Origin: Polyangiaceae bacterium
GTDB lineage: Bacteria; Myxococcota_A; Polyangia; Polyangiales; Polyangiaceae
Length of the DNA stretch: 64,000 nucleotides
Reading direction: 5' to 3'
Assembly: GCA_965222375.1 (NCBI GenBank)
Contig: CBDCTZ010000016.1
Span: forward strand, 3,232,001 to 3,296,000
Positions 46,843-55,855 of the stretch are shown piece by piece. The notes under the pieces were generated by a model. The model was not told the origin of the DNA and searched no databases. It saw only the letters and a list, made by a program, of their open reading frames with translations. Position numbers and translations under genes: made by a program. The first letter of the stretch is position 1. Each line of letters starts with the position of its first letter.

Positions 46843-47796
46843 ATGATGGGGCTTCAGAATTGGCCACGCGGGTTGCTGTTCGGACTGAGTCTTGCGCTGG
46901 TCGCGACCGCGTGCGGATCCGACGACGATGGCGGCACTGCCTTCAACAACCCCGGCAGCGGCGGCTCTGGCAACGGCGGGTCTGGCGGAAACGTGATCAA
47001 GGTGGATGGTGGGGGCGGAAGCGACGGAGGCGGCAAGGGGGGCGGCTTTCCCATTGGGCCCGACGGCATCCCCGTGGGGTTCACCAAGTCGGACCGCGGT
47101 GCATGGAAGCTAGGGCCCTAGTTCACGGGAACACCGCCGGACATCGGCGAGTGTGGCTCGGTGTTGCTCGGCGTCGTGCGTGACTTCAAGGACGGTTCCA
47201 AAGGCGGTCACCCAGACTTTCAGACGTTCACCGGAGATGGCTTGAAGGGCATCGTGAACAGCGATCTGGGCGCTGATCAGAAGCCGGTTTATGCGCATTC
47301 AGGCGGTACCGCCCACACCACCACGCCCGCGAATTTCCGCGATTGGTACGTCAACACGCCTGGCAAGAACCAGGCCTTCGTCGTCTACTTCTTCTTGGTT
47401 CCGGAAAACGGCGTTTTTACGTTCGAGGACAACTCGTTCTTTCCGCTAGACAACGCCGGCTTCGGAAACGAGGGGCACGATCACAACTTCCATTTCACCA
47501 CGGAAGTGCACACCAAGTTCAACTACAAAGGCGGCGAGACGTTTCGCTTCCAGGGCGACGATGATTTGTGGGTCTTCATCAACGGCAAGCTCGCGATCGA
47601 CCTGGGCGGGCTGCATCCCATGCAACAAGACCAAATCAGCCTCGATGCCGAAGCCAGCCAGCTGGGCATCAGCGTCGGCAATACCTACGAGCTGGCGCTG
47701 TTCCACGCGGAGCGACACACGAGCGAGAGTAACTTCCGCATCGACACGAACTTGGACTTCGTGGATTGCGGAACGACGGTCCCCGAGCCGCGCTGA
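46843..47796 (+). pseudogene. Fibro-slime/PA14 lipoprotein interrupted by in-frame TAG at 47119-47121
   Basis: Lipobox ATAC segment is in frame with VRDF...HPDF...HNFHFTTE...GDDDLWVFING...FHAERH. Confidence 0.8.
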
Positions 47797-47889
47797 CTGC
47801 GGTGCGCCGCGCAGCCGCGCCGTGCTCTGAGTTCGACATGAGCTTCACCCTTGCGCTGCGGCGCTCGAAGTGCGTGAGATCTCGCCGCT

Positions 47890-49743
47890 ATGAAGGCGCT
47901 ACCCGGGATCCCAACCCTGGCGGACATTGGAGCGTTCGCTCGCTTGTTCGAGTTCCGGGCCGTCAGCCGCTGGGTTGGCTTGGGCCTCGTCGCGGGGGTC
48001 TTCTCGGGCTTGGCCGCGTCTCTGTTTTTCATCGGCATGGACTCCCTGCGCCAGGCGGCGCTGGTGAGTGCGGCCGGCTTCTCCCTGCTCGAACCCGCCG
48101 GTGAACATTCCCTATTCGCCGCTCGCCGCGCGGACGCATTGCGACCCTGGCTAATCGTGCTCACTCCCGCCGTGGGGGCGCTTCTAGCGTACTTCCTCGT
48201 CTCGCGATTCACGGCCCGCCCGTTTCAAGGTACCGACGCCATGATCGACGCGTTCCATCAGCACGATGGGCGCATTCCAGCTCGGGAGTCATTCTTGAAA
48301 GCCGCCGGGGCCGTGCTCGTCATCGGCACGGGTGGTAGCGCGGGGCGCGAAGGCCCCATGGCGCATTTGGGCGCCGGCATCGGGTCCCTGCTTGCTCGCG
48401 TGTTTCGACTCAGTGCTCGGGAGCGGCGGCTGCTGCTATTGGCGGGTGCCGCCGGGGGCATCGCTGCGATCTTCCGCACTCCGTTAGGTGCGGCGTTGTT
48501 CATCGTGGAGGTGTTGTATCGGGACGACTTCGAAGTCGATGGTCTGGTGCCGACAGTGCTTTCCTCTGTCGTTGCCTATTCGGTATTCACCATGATCTTC
48601 GGTGAAGGTCACATCTTCGCCACCGAGGGTCGCTACGAATTCGATCCGCGCCAGCTACCTCTGTATCTCTTGATGGCCATCGGCGCAGCCGTAGTCGGCG
48701 TGCTCTTCCTCAAGGTCTTCTTCGGCGTCCGGGACGGGATCTTCTCGCGCCTGCGATTGCCTCGTGCCATCAAGCCGTTCTTGGGTGGCCTGGCCGTCGG
48801 GGTCATCGCGCTTTTGGCGCCCCAAGCCTTGGGCGCCGGCTACGGCTGGCTGCAAGAAGTCATCGTACCGACTCGGGACGCCCTACCCGCTGGCTACATG
48901 GGAGCGGCGTTTCTCCTCGGCATCGCGTTGCTCAAAGTGATCACCTCATCTCTGACCGTGGGGTCCGGCGGCGCAGGCGGCATGTTCGGCCCCTCGGTCG
49001 TGATTGGCGGCATGGTCGGGGGCGCTTTCGGACAGACCTTCCACCTGCTGTTTCCTGAGGTCGTTCCACAGCCGGGAGCCTTCGTCATCGTCGGCATGGC
49101 ATGTTTTGTTGGAGGGGTGGCACATGCCCCCATCTCCACGCTGGTCATGGCTTCGGAGATGACCGGCAGCTACGACTTGCTCGTCCCGATCATGCTGGCA
49201 GAAGTGGTGACCACCACTCTGATGCAGAAGCCGACGCTGTTCCCGACTCAAGTGGCGACGCGGCGGGATTCCCCGGCCCATGGCGCCGAATACGTGATGG
49301 ACATCCTTTCGCAAGTGCGGGTTGGGGACGTTTACGACGCCGACGCGACCGTCGAGCCCGTTCCCGCAACCGCACCTCTCGGGAAGCTGTTGCGGCATGC
49401 CACGGACAGCGACAAGGCGGTGTTCCCGGTAGTGTCCGAAGATGGTTCGACCTTGGGGCTAGTGACCATGGACACCCTTCGAGCGTTCTTCTTCGATGAA
49501 GACATCGGCCGTATTGCCATCGCGGCGGATTGCGCGCTGCCCTTTGTATCGGTGAGCGTGGACGATAACCTAGACGTGGCTCTGGAGCGGTTCGCTTCCT
49601 CGCACTACCCGGAGTTGCCCGTCATGGCCGCCGAGGACCCGACAGCGATCGTGGGACTCTTGAACTACGAGCAAGTGCTACGTGCTTACAGTCGCGAGCT
49701 GCTTCGCCGGCGCGTTGGCGAGGAGAGCGCAGCGACCCAGTAG
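47890..49743 (+). CDS. ClC chloride channel/antiporter with CBS domains
   Basis: GSAGREGP, GGMFGP, many TM helices, C-terminal CBS pair. Confidence 0.93.
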   Translation: MKALPGIPTLADIGAFARLFEFRAVSRWVGLGLVAGVFSGLAASLFFIGMDSLRQAALVSAAGFSLLEPAGEHSLFAARRADALRPWLIVLTPAVGALLAYFLVSRFTARPFQGTDAMIDAFHQHDGRIPARESFLKAAGAVLVIGTGGSAGREGPMAHLGAGIGSLLARVFRLSARERRLLLLAGAAGGIAAIFRTPLGAALFIVEVLYRDDFEVDGLVPTVLSSVVAYSVFTMIFGEGHIFATEGRYEFDPRQLPLYLLMAIGAAVVGVLFLKVFFGVRDGIFSRLRLPRAIKPFLGGLAVGVIALLAPQALGAGYGWLQEVIVPTRDALPAGYMGAAFLLGIALLKVITSSLTVGSGGAGGMFGPSVVIGGMVGGAFGQTFHLLFPEVVPQPGAFVIVGMACFVGGVAHAPISTLVMASEMTGSYDLLVPIMLAEVVTTTLMQKPTLFPTQVATRRDSPAHGAEYVMDILSQVRVGDVYDADATVEPVPATAPLGKLLRHATDSDKAVFPVVSEDGSTLGLVTMDTLRAFFFDEDIGRIAIAADCALPFVSVSVDDNLDVALERFASSHYPELPVMAAEDPTAIVGLLNYEQVLRAYSRELLRRRVGEESAATQ

Positions 49744-49764
49744 TGCCAGAATAGGGCTACCAGA

Positions 49765-50079
49765 CTAGCTGCGGGGCAGTGCGTCGACGTCGGTTGCGGC
49801 GTCCAAGTACTTGCTGAGTTTGCCGTTCAGGTAGTCCTTGGCCTTGCTTCTCCAAAGCATGCCCGGGTCCTTGCCGCTGAAGCTCACCTTGTCGGCTTTG
49901 ACCTCCACGCTGCCCTCGATGGTCACCACCAGGTACTTCCCATTGATCGTCGCGGTGTCGTCGCCGGTCCAATTCACCGAGAGCCCGTGCTTGTTTTGCA
50001 GGTACTCGCCCAGCGCGCCGATCCGCGCCCGCGCCTCTTCCACTGAAAATGAGTGCTTGTGCTCGATCTCGAAGGCCAT
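49765..50079 (-). CDS. Polyhydroxyalkanoic acid system (PHA_gran_rgn-like) protein
   Basis: IEHKHSFSVEEARARI...W.GD.A motif. Confidence 0.75.
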   Translation of the reverse strand: MAFEIEHKHSFSVEEARARIGALGEYLQNKHGLSVNWTGDDTATINGKYLVVTIEGSVEVKADKVSFSGKDPGMLWRSKAKDYLNGKLSKYLDAATDVDALPRS

Positions 50080-50237
50080 GCGGCGAACATCGTCGAGGCC
50101 TCCCGCTGACGCAACCCCTGCGCTCCTTGCGAGGCCGGCTGGAGCGGGGCGCAACGTCTGCGCTGAGAAATCCCCGGGATGGAGCCGCGCCCCGGGGGCG
50201 ATTGGAAATCTAGCCGATCTCGGTTACCACATTCTAC

Positions 50238-51317
50238 ATGACGAACGCACTGCAACTCCGCCCCGGCGTGATCACCGGAAAAGCGCTCAACGAGCTCTAC
50301 GCGTACTGCAAAGAAGCCGAGTGCGCTCTACCCGCCGTCAACATCATTGGCAGCCACAGCGCGAACGCGGCCCTTGCGGCTGCCCGCGAGGCCAAGTCCC
50401 CCATCATCGTGCAGCTCTCTCAAGGAGGTGGCCATTTTTACGCTGGCAAGTTCCTCGACAACAAAGAGCAGCAAGCCTCCATCGCCGGCTGCGTCTCGGC
50501 GGCGCACCACGTAGGTGTGATGGCCAAGGCCTATGGCGTTCCGGTGGTGATGCACACCGACCACTGCGCCAAGAAGCTTCTTCCCTGGGTTGAGGGGCTG
50601 ATCGCGGCGGGCGAAGCCTACTACGAGAAGAATGGAGTGCCTCTATACAGCTCGCACATGCTCGATCTGTCCGAGGAACCCATCTCCGAGAATCTCGGGA
50701 TCTGTGCTCGCGTATTGGAACGCATGGCGAAGATCGACATGCAGCTCGAAATCGAACTTGGCGTGACGGGCGGTGAAGAGGATGGCGTCGACAATACCGA
50801 CGTCGACGACTCCAAACTCTACACGCAGCCGTCTGAGGTACTGCAGGCCTTCGACGCCCTGAGCAAGGTCGGAGACTTCTCGATTGCGGCTAGCTTCGGC
50901 AATACCCACGGCGTGTACAAGCCCGGGAACGTAAAGCTGCGGCCCATCATCCTGAAGAATAGCCAGCAAGTCATCGCCAAGGAGCGCGGCATCAAAGGCG
51001 ACAAACCCGTCAACTTCGTGTTTCACGGCGGCTCCGGGAGCACTCCGGAAGAGATCACCGAGGCCGTCTCCTACGGTGTCATCAAGATGAACATCGACAC
51101 GGACACCCAGTGGGCCTTCACCCATCCGATCCGTAGGTACATGGACGACAACACCGCCTATCTTCAAGGCCAGATCGGCAATCCCGATGGTCCGGACAAG
51201 CCGAACAAGAAGAAGTACGATCCACGCGCCTGGATTCACGTGGGTGAAAAAGAAATGGTGGCGCGCTTGGTCCAGGCGTTCAAAGACCTGAACAGCTTCG
51301 AGAAGTTCAAGTTCTAA
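50238..51317 (+). CDS. fbaA: Class II fructose-bisphosphate aldolase
   Basis: HTDHCAKKLLPW, SSHMLDLSEE, GGEEDG, FVFHGGSG, KMNIDTD. Confidence 0.97.
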   Translation: MTNALQLRPGVITGKALNELYAYCKEAECALPAVNIIGSHSANAALAAAREAKSPIIVQLSQGGGHFYAGKFLDNKEQQASIAGCVSAAHHVGVMAKAYGVPVVMHTDHCAKKLLPWVEGLIAAGEAYYEKNGVPLYSSHMLDLSEEPISENLGICARVLERMAKIDMQLEIELGVTGGEEDGVDNTDVDDSKLYTQPSEVLQAFDALSKVGDFSIAASFGNTHGVYKPGNVKLRPIILKNSQQVIAKERGIKGDKPVNFVFHGGSGSTPEEITEAVSYGVIKMNIDTDTQWAFTHPIRRYMDDNTAYLQGQIGNPDGPDKPNKKKYDPRAWIHVGEKEMVARLVQAFKDLNSFEKFKF

Positions 51318-51339
51318 GGCACGGGCTAGCGGGCCGAGC

Positions 51340-52602
51340 CTAGAGCTCGTTGATGGTGCAGACCGCGGGCTTGTGGTCGAAGTACGTCCAGTTCAGGACG
51401 TTTGGATGACCGGGGGTGATGCCTGCGTGCCAGCAGTTGCCAGCAAACTTGTCGGCCATCACGTGGTCGATGTTCAGGATGTTGTAGGTCGGTGGCGCGC
51501 TTGGGCCCACGGCAGTGATGAACTTGAACTTCTTGCCCGGCCCGACGAAGTCGTTCCAGCGCTGAGCGCTCAAGTCCAGCAGCGTGGCACGGCCGGGATC
51601 CGTGTTCAGATCCCCCATGACGACGTTGCGCAACCCGCTGGCAGCGGGTTTGCCGTCCATGTTAAGGAACACGTGCTCAACCTGCTTGACCCTGCACAGT
51701 TGATCCGCCGGCAAGAAACCGGATGTCCCGTGCACGTTGACCACGGTGAGGGTGCCCCCTCCCATCAATTGAATCGTGCCCCGGCCGACCCGTGAACCAC
51801 CCCCGCAATTCGGGATTTTGGCGCCATCGAGGCCGTTCAGGCACAGATCGCTGTTGCAGCCAGCGAAAGTGCCGACGCTCTTCTTCACCGCGGCGCACTT
51901 GTCGGGTTTGTCCAGATGGCAGGCAACTTGATAATCGGAACCCAGAATGACGTTGACCACACTGGGGTCGCCGGCTTTCCAAGTCTCACACACGAACCCC
52001 TTGTGATGCTGCGGGGCAATGTTCGCGCACTCAGGACTGTGAAAGAGCTCCTGAAACACCACGATGTCGGGCTTGAGCGCGGCAAACCACTTCTTGGTGC
52101 CGTCGACGGCAGTCTGCCAGGCAAGTCCGTTTCCGTAGTGCTTGTCGGAGAGCTTTGCCTCGTTGTCGGTGTAGCCGTCGCTCTTGTCGGCGTCGTGGTT
52201 CAGATCTTTCGACGTGCCCGTATTGACCGTGACGACAACCAGGGGGCCGAGCTTGCCGCTGCCGCCGCTTCCTGCGCTGCCTCCGCTTCCCGCGGTGCCG
52301 GATGATCCTCCGGCTCCTGCGCCGCCCCCGGCTCCTGCGCTTCCCGCGCTCCCGCCCGCGCCGGCACTTGTGGCGCTGCCAGCCGTGCCGGCACTTCCAC
52401 CGCCCGCCGCTGCTCCGGCCGCTCCGCCCGCAGTAACTCCCCCAGTCGACGCACCGCCGCTCGCGCTCCCTGCCTGGCCCCCGCTGCTCGCGCCACCAGA
52501 GGACGAGCCCCCGCTGCCAGAGTTCGAATCGGATGCGCCGCAGCCCAGGGCCAAAAGGGATGCGAACAACACCAGTCCAACTGCCAGCGAGTCACGTGCC
52601 AT
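51340..52602 (-). CDS. Endonuclease/exonuclease/phosphatase family lipoprotein
   Basis: Lipobox ALGC; PDIVVFQE, MGDLNTD, IDHV, FDHKP. Confidence 0.87.
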   Translation of the reverse strand: MARDSLAVGLVLFASLLALGCGASDSNSGSGGSSSGGASSGGQAGSASGGASTGGVTAGGAAGAAAGGGSAGTAGSATSAGAGGSAGSAGAGGGAGAGGSSGTAGSGGSAGSGGSGKLGPLVVVTVNTGTSKDLNHDADKSDGYTDNEAKLSDKHYGNGLAWQTAVDGTKKWFAALKPDIVVFQELFHSPECANIAPQHHKGFVCETWKAGDPSVVNVILGSDYQVACHLDKPDKCAAVKKSVGTFAGCNSDLCLNGLDGAKIPNCGGGSRVGRGTIQLMGGGTLTVVNVHGTSGFLPADQLCRVKQVEHVFLNMDGKPAASGLRNVVMGDLNTDPGRATLLDLSAQRWNDFVGPGKKFKFITAVGPSAPPTYNILNIDHVMADKFAGNCWHAGITPGHPNVLNWTYFDHKPAVCTINEL

Positions 52603-52642
52603 TGCCCGGTCCTAGCATCGGCATGCTCGTCGGTCGATCCGT

Positions 52643-54088
52643 TCAGAACAGGAAGTCATTCACGCGTAAGTTCAACTCGACCCCGGCAATCGCTCCGGCG
52701 CCCAGCCGTGGCAGTGCGCCGTATCCGATGAACGCACGTGTCCATGGGATTACTGATGGCACGTAACCTATGGCGCCGTAGCCGCCGTTGGCTCCATCGG
52801 CCGCCAGTCCCGTGCCCTCCAACAGCAGCCCGCCGTACCAGCGCCAAACCAACTCCACGCGACCCGTGAATCGGGCGTAGATGAATTCGGGTGAGTCCCC
52901 GTTTGCACGCCTGAGCCCGCCGCCCCACAGGAACACGGCGCGGCCGGCCTCGAGAGGATAGGACGTGTCAACTGAGCCCTTCGCAAGGCCGATGAGCGCA
53001 GCTGGGTCCAAGGCGCCGCGGCTGTACAGGTAGCCCGCACCGACCACCGGGAACAGCTCCCGAAACGGACCATAGATGTCTTCCCCCGCTTCGATTTCGG
53101 GCTCGACTCGGCGGCGGCGTGAGGGGGCCGGCGGGCCTGTTGGCTCGAAGCGCGTCAGGAACCGTGACAGCACCGCGGCAAGCCGACGAGGTGCTTCCAC
53201 GTGTGGCAGGTGCCCAACGCCGTCGAGTTCATTGAATTCGCGAGTCTTGGCGGAACCGAAGTCCGAGAGCGGTGGCGCCTCCCAGGAATCGTCCGACCCG
53301 TAGACGAACAGCGTGTGCGCTTGGACCTTCGTCCGCTCTGGGATCATCTTGTCCATTTCGTCCGAATGCAGGATGAAGCGGGTATAACCTTCGAATGCGG
53401 CGGCGCGCGCGCTGTCTTCCCATTGTCGAGCTACGAGTGAGAGGGAAACCGCATCTCCCGCATCTCCCGGTGGAAGCATGGAACGGTAGGCAGCCCCCAT
53501 CGTGGTGTAGGGCCCAAGCAGCCGAATCCCCGGCATCACGCTACGCCAGTGCTCGAGCAGAAAGCGCTGTTTCTCGCCGAGGGAGAACCGATCGTTGGGC
53601 GCACTGATAACCACTAGCCCGGCGATGCGTTCGGGGTAGCGCGCCGCCAGCCGCAGCGCCAAGGTGCCCCCTAGCGAGTGACCGACGAGGATTGCGCGCC
53701 CACCCGGTGCCTCTGTTTCGATGATGGACGCAATGCTGCCGAGTACGTGCCCTAGCGTAATCGCCTCGGCGCCGGATGCTGTCGGGCTCTCTCCGCTGCC
53801 AGGCAGGTCCACTATCACGCGCCGAAAGCAAGGAGCCGCGCTCTCCGCCAGCGGTACCAGGGAGTAGCCGACGTCGCCCAGCCCGTGCAGGAAGACGATC
53901 GGCTCGGAGCGGGGGCGCCGGCAAGAGCGCTCTGGTTCGATCACCCGGTAGTGGGCGGGCAGGGCATTGCCTGAGCTGTACACAGGTCGGTCGAAATGAG
54001 CAGGCGCATGAACCGTGGGTGGTACGCGCGGCTCGGGTAACTCCTCGAGCAGGGTGCAGGCTGTCCCCATCGCGCAAAGGGTGATCAT
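52643..54088 (-). CDS. Alpha/beta hydrolase with C-terminal beta-barrel-like region
   Basis: FLHGLG, DLPGSG, GHSLGG, GHLPHVEAP; amphipathic strands ending in F; start uncertain. Confidence 0.85.
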   Translation of the reverse strand: MITLCAMGTACTLLEELPEPRVPPTVHAPAHFDRPVYSSGNALPAHYRVIEPERSCRRPRSEPIVFLHGLGDVGYSLVPLAESAAPCFRRVIVDLPGSGESPTASGAEAITLGHVLGSIASIIETEAPGGRAILVGHSLGGTLALRLAARYPERIAGLVVISAPNDRFSLGEKQRFLLEHWRSVMPGIRLLGPYTTMGAAYRSMLPPGDAGDAVSLSLVARQWEDSARAAAFEGYTRFILHSDEMDKMIPERTKVQAHTLFVYGSDDSWEAPPLSDFGSAKTREFNELDGVGHLPHVEAPRRLAAVLSRFLTRFEPTGPPAPSRRRRVEPEIEAGEDIYGPFRELFPVVGAGYLYSRGALDPAALIGLAKGSVDTSYPLEAGRAVFLWGGGLRRANGDSPEFIYARFTGRVELVWRWYGGLLLEGTGLAADGANGGYGAIGYVPSVIPWTRAFIGYGALPRLGAGAIAGVELNLRVNDFLF

Positions 54089-54155
54089 CAACGGGGAGCG
54101 GCACAGCACGATCCCGGCATATTGGATTGCGTCGCGGACTTTCGCAATCGCGCCC

Positions 54156-55283
54156 TCAGCGCACACAACGAACGCGGTACTGCGTGATCGCGTGACCGCG
54201 AAAAACCCGGCCGTTACTGAAGTTCAGGAAGTAGGCAGTGGCCGGGTGCGAGACATCGTCGGGATAGGCCGTTGCGCTCCAGTGGCGCGCAGACTGCGCG
54301 TTCGGAAAGAGGTTGGTATCGATGACAGGCGAGGTTGTTTTGCGATCGACCAGCGTCGCCAGTTCTTTCACGTTCGGGAGCCGCCAGTCCTTTGCGCCCG
54401 CGAAGTCGAGTTGTTCGCAGACGTCCAGCGCTTCTGCCCACGGGTGCACTCCCTCATCGGCCTGCTTCCAGCTCAAGTTCGTGCGCGGATCCGACACGGT
54501 ACCGTCGCCGTTGTCCATCATTGTTGTGGGAGCTCCACCCCGGACGCACCGCAGGTGCTGCTTGCTGTTCTTGCCCCGTGGCTCACTCGTGCCGTCGTCG
54601 AAAAATACCACCCAGGCATTGGTCAGGATCTTGAGATCTTCGCCCGCACTCCATGTGTTGCCGGAATGATCCATGACCTCTGCGGGTAGTAATGCGCTGG
54701 CCTGCCCGAAGTCGGCCAAGGAAAGCAACTCAGCTTGAGATGGCACGCGCCAGCCTCCACCGCCCAGCTTCAGGTCTTGGCATGCGCTCGGCGCGTCAAG
54801 CCACGTGCTTTTCTGGAGAGTGGGCGAGTTGTCCCATTCGAGCCCCGTCATCGGGTCGAAGAGAATTCGACCGTCGCAAGGGTTGGCGTCATAGGCAGGA
54901 GTTGGATGGGCGTACTCCCCGTCCTGCCCGGGCATGCTGCCGACCGTGCCGCAGGGCGCACCGGTCTGGCCGAGGAAGTCCAAGCAGAATTGAGTCTTGG
55001 AATCCGGCCAGCCTCCGCTTGCGGGCGGCGCCTGTTGCAGTCCCGGGCAGGGGTCTTCGCCGCTGACCGGAGCGTCGCTCGAACCGCCGTCTGTAGCGCC
55101 GCCGCCAGTCCCAGCGTTGCCGGCCGTTCCCGCAGAGCCACTTGCGCCGGAGAAACCGGCACCGCCTGCCAGCCCGCCCGCCCCGCCAGTCGGGCGGGAC
55201 TTCGAATGACTCGATTTGGAACTACAGCCGACCAGGGCGAGCAGGGTGGCTGCGGCGAATACGGTCGCTCGGCTCCAGGACAT
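54156..55283 (-). CDS. DUF1566 (Lcl C-terminal) domain lipoprotein, two domains
   Basis: Lipobox LVGC; DPMTGLEW, WRVPSQAEL, DNGDGTVSD, WRLPNVKEL, VRCVR. Confidence 0.9.
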   Translation of the reverse strand: MSWSRATVFAAATLLALVGCSSKSSHSKSRPTGGAGGLAGGAGFSGASGSAGTAGNAGTGGGATDGGSSDAPVSGEDPCPGLQQAPPASGGWPDSKTQFCLDFLGQTGAPCGTVGSMPGQDGEYAHPTPAYDANPCDGRILFDPMTGLEWDNSPTLQKSTWLDAPSACQDLKLGGGGWRVPSQAELLSLADFGQASALLPAEVMDHSGNTWSAGEDLKILTNAWVVFFDDGTSEPRGKNSKQHLRCVRGGAPTTMMDNGDGTVSDPRTNLSWKQADEGVHPWAEALDVCEQLDFAGAKDWRLPNVKELATLVDRKTTSPVIDTNLFPNAQSARHWSATAYPDDVSHPATAYFLNFSNGRVFRGHAITQYRVRCVR

Positions 55284-55477
55284 GCGCCTCAGCAATGAAT
55301 AAACCGTGCCACAGTCGAACACCGGTGAATCCGTCGGTCGGGGTCAGCATCATGGAGGGGGCTGAGGCTGGCCCAGACCCACCGGGGCGGGGCGCCATTT
55401 CTGGGGAATGCATCCGTGTCGTCGGGCGTAGTGGCAGCAACTTGTTTCGGCTTGGCCATTGCTGTAAGTCGACCGGG

Positions 55478-55855
55478 ATGCTGCCCGGTAGGGTCCTCGC
55501 TGCGGCCTCGATACTGCTTTGTGTCCTGACTGCGGGCTGCGCCGCTGGCGGCGTTCCGACACCTCGCGCGGCGGAGCACGATCGGCCCGTACCCAGTAGC
55601 GAGCCCCGCGGCGAACTATCCCTGGTCGTGGATTTGGCTCGGGCCAGCGATTGCGAGGAGCGTTTCGATCTCGCCGTATACGCTCACCACGGCATTGACC
55701 TGATTCAGTGGGATTCAGCTACCGGGGCGTGCGGGTCGCGTCGCGTCATCATTCGCTTCCTCCCCAACCGAATCAGCGCCGAGGAAGCCCAGCGTCTGGC
55801 CCAGAAACACAGTCTGGGCGTCAAACAAGCGCCCACTGAGAAAGCCAAACCATGA
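55478..55855 (+). CDS. Small hypothetical lipoprotein
   Basis: Lipobox TAGC; ATGA overlap with the HEAT gene. Confidence 0.7.
   Translation: MLPGRVLAAASILLCVLTAGCAAGGVPTPRAAEHDRPVPSSEPRGELSLVVDLARASDCEERFDLAVYAHHGIDLIQWDSATGACGSRRVIIRFLPNRISAEEAQRLAQKHSLGVKQAPTEKAKP

Noticed and set aside
47119..47121. Pyrrolysine or stop-codon recoding
   Set aside because: No pyl genes seen and TAG ends many intact genes in the window
55295..55311. TGGCACGGTTTATTCA sigma54-like site on the minus strand before the DUF1566 gene
   Set aside because: The -12 GC is replaced by TC; too weak to call
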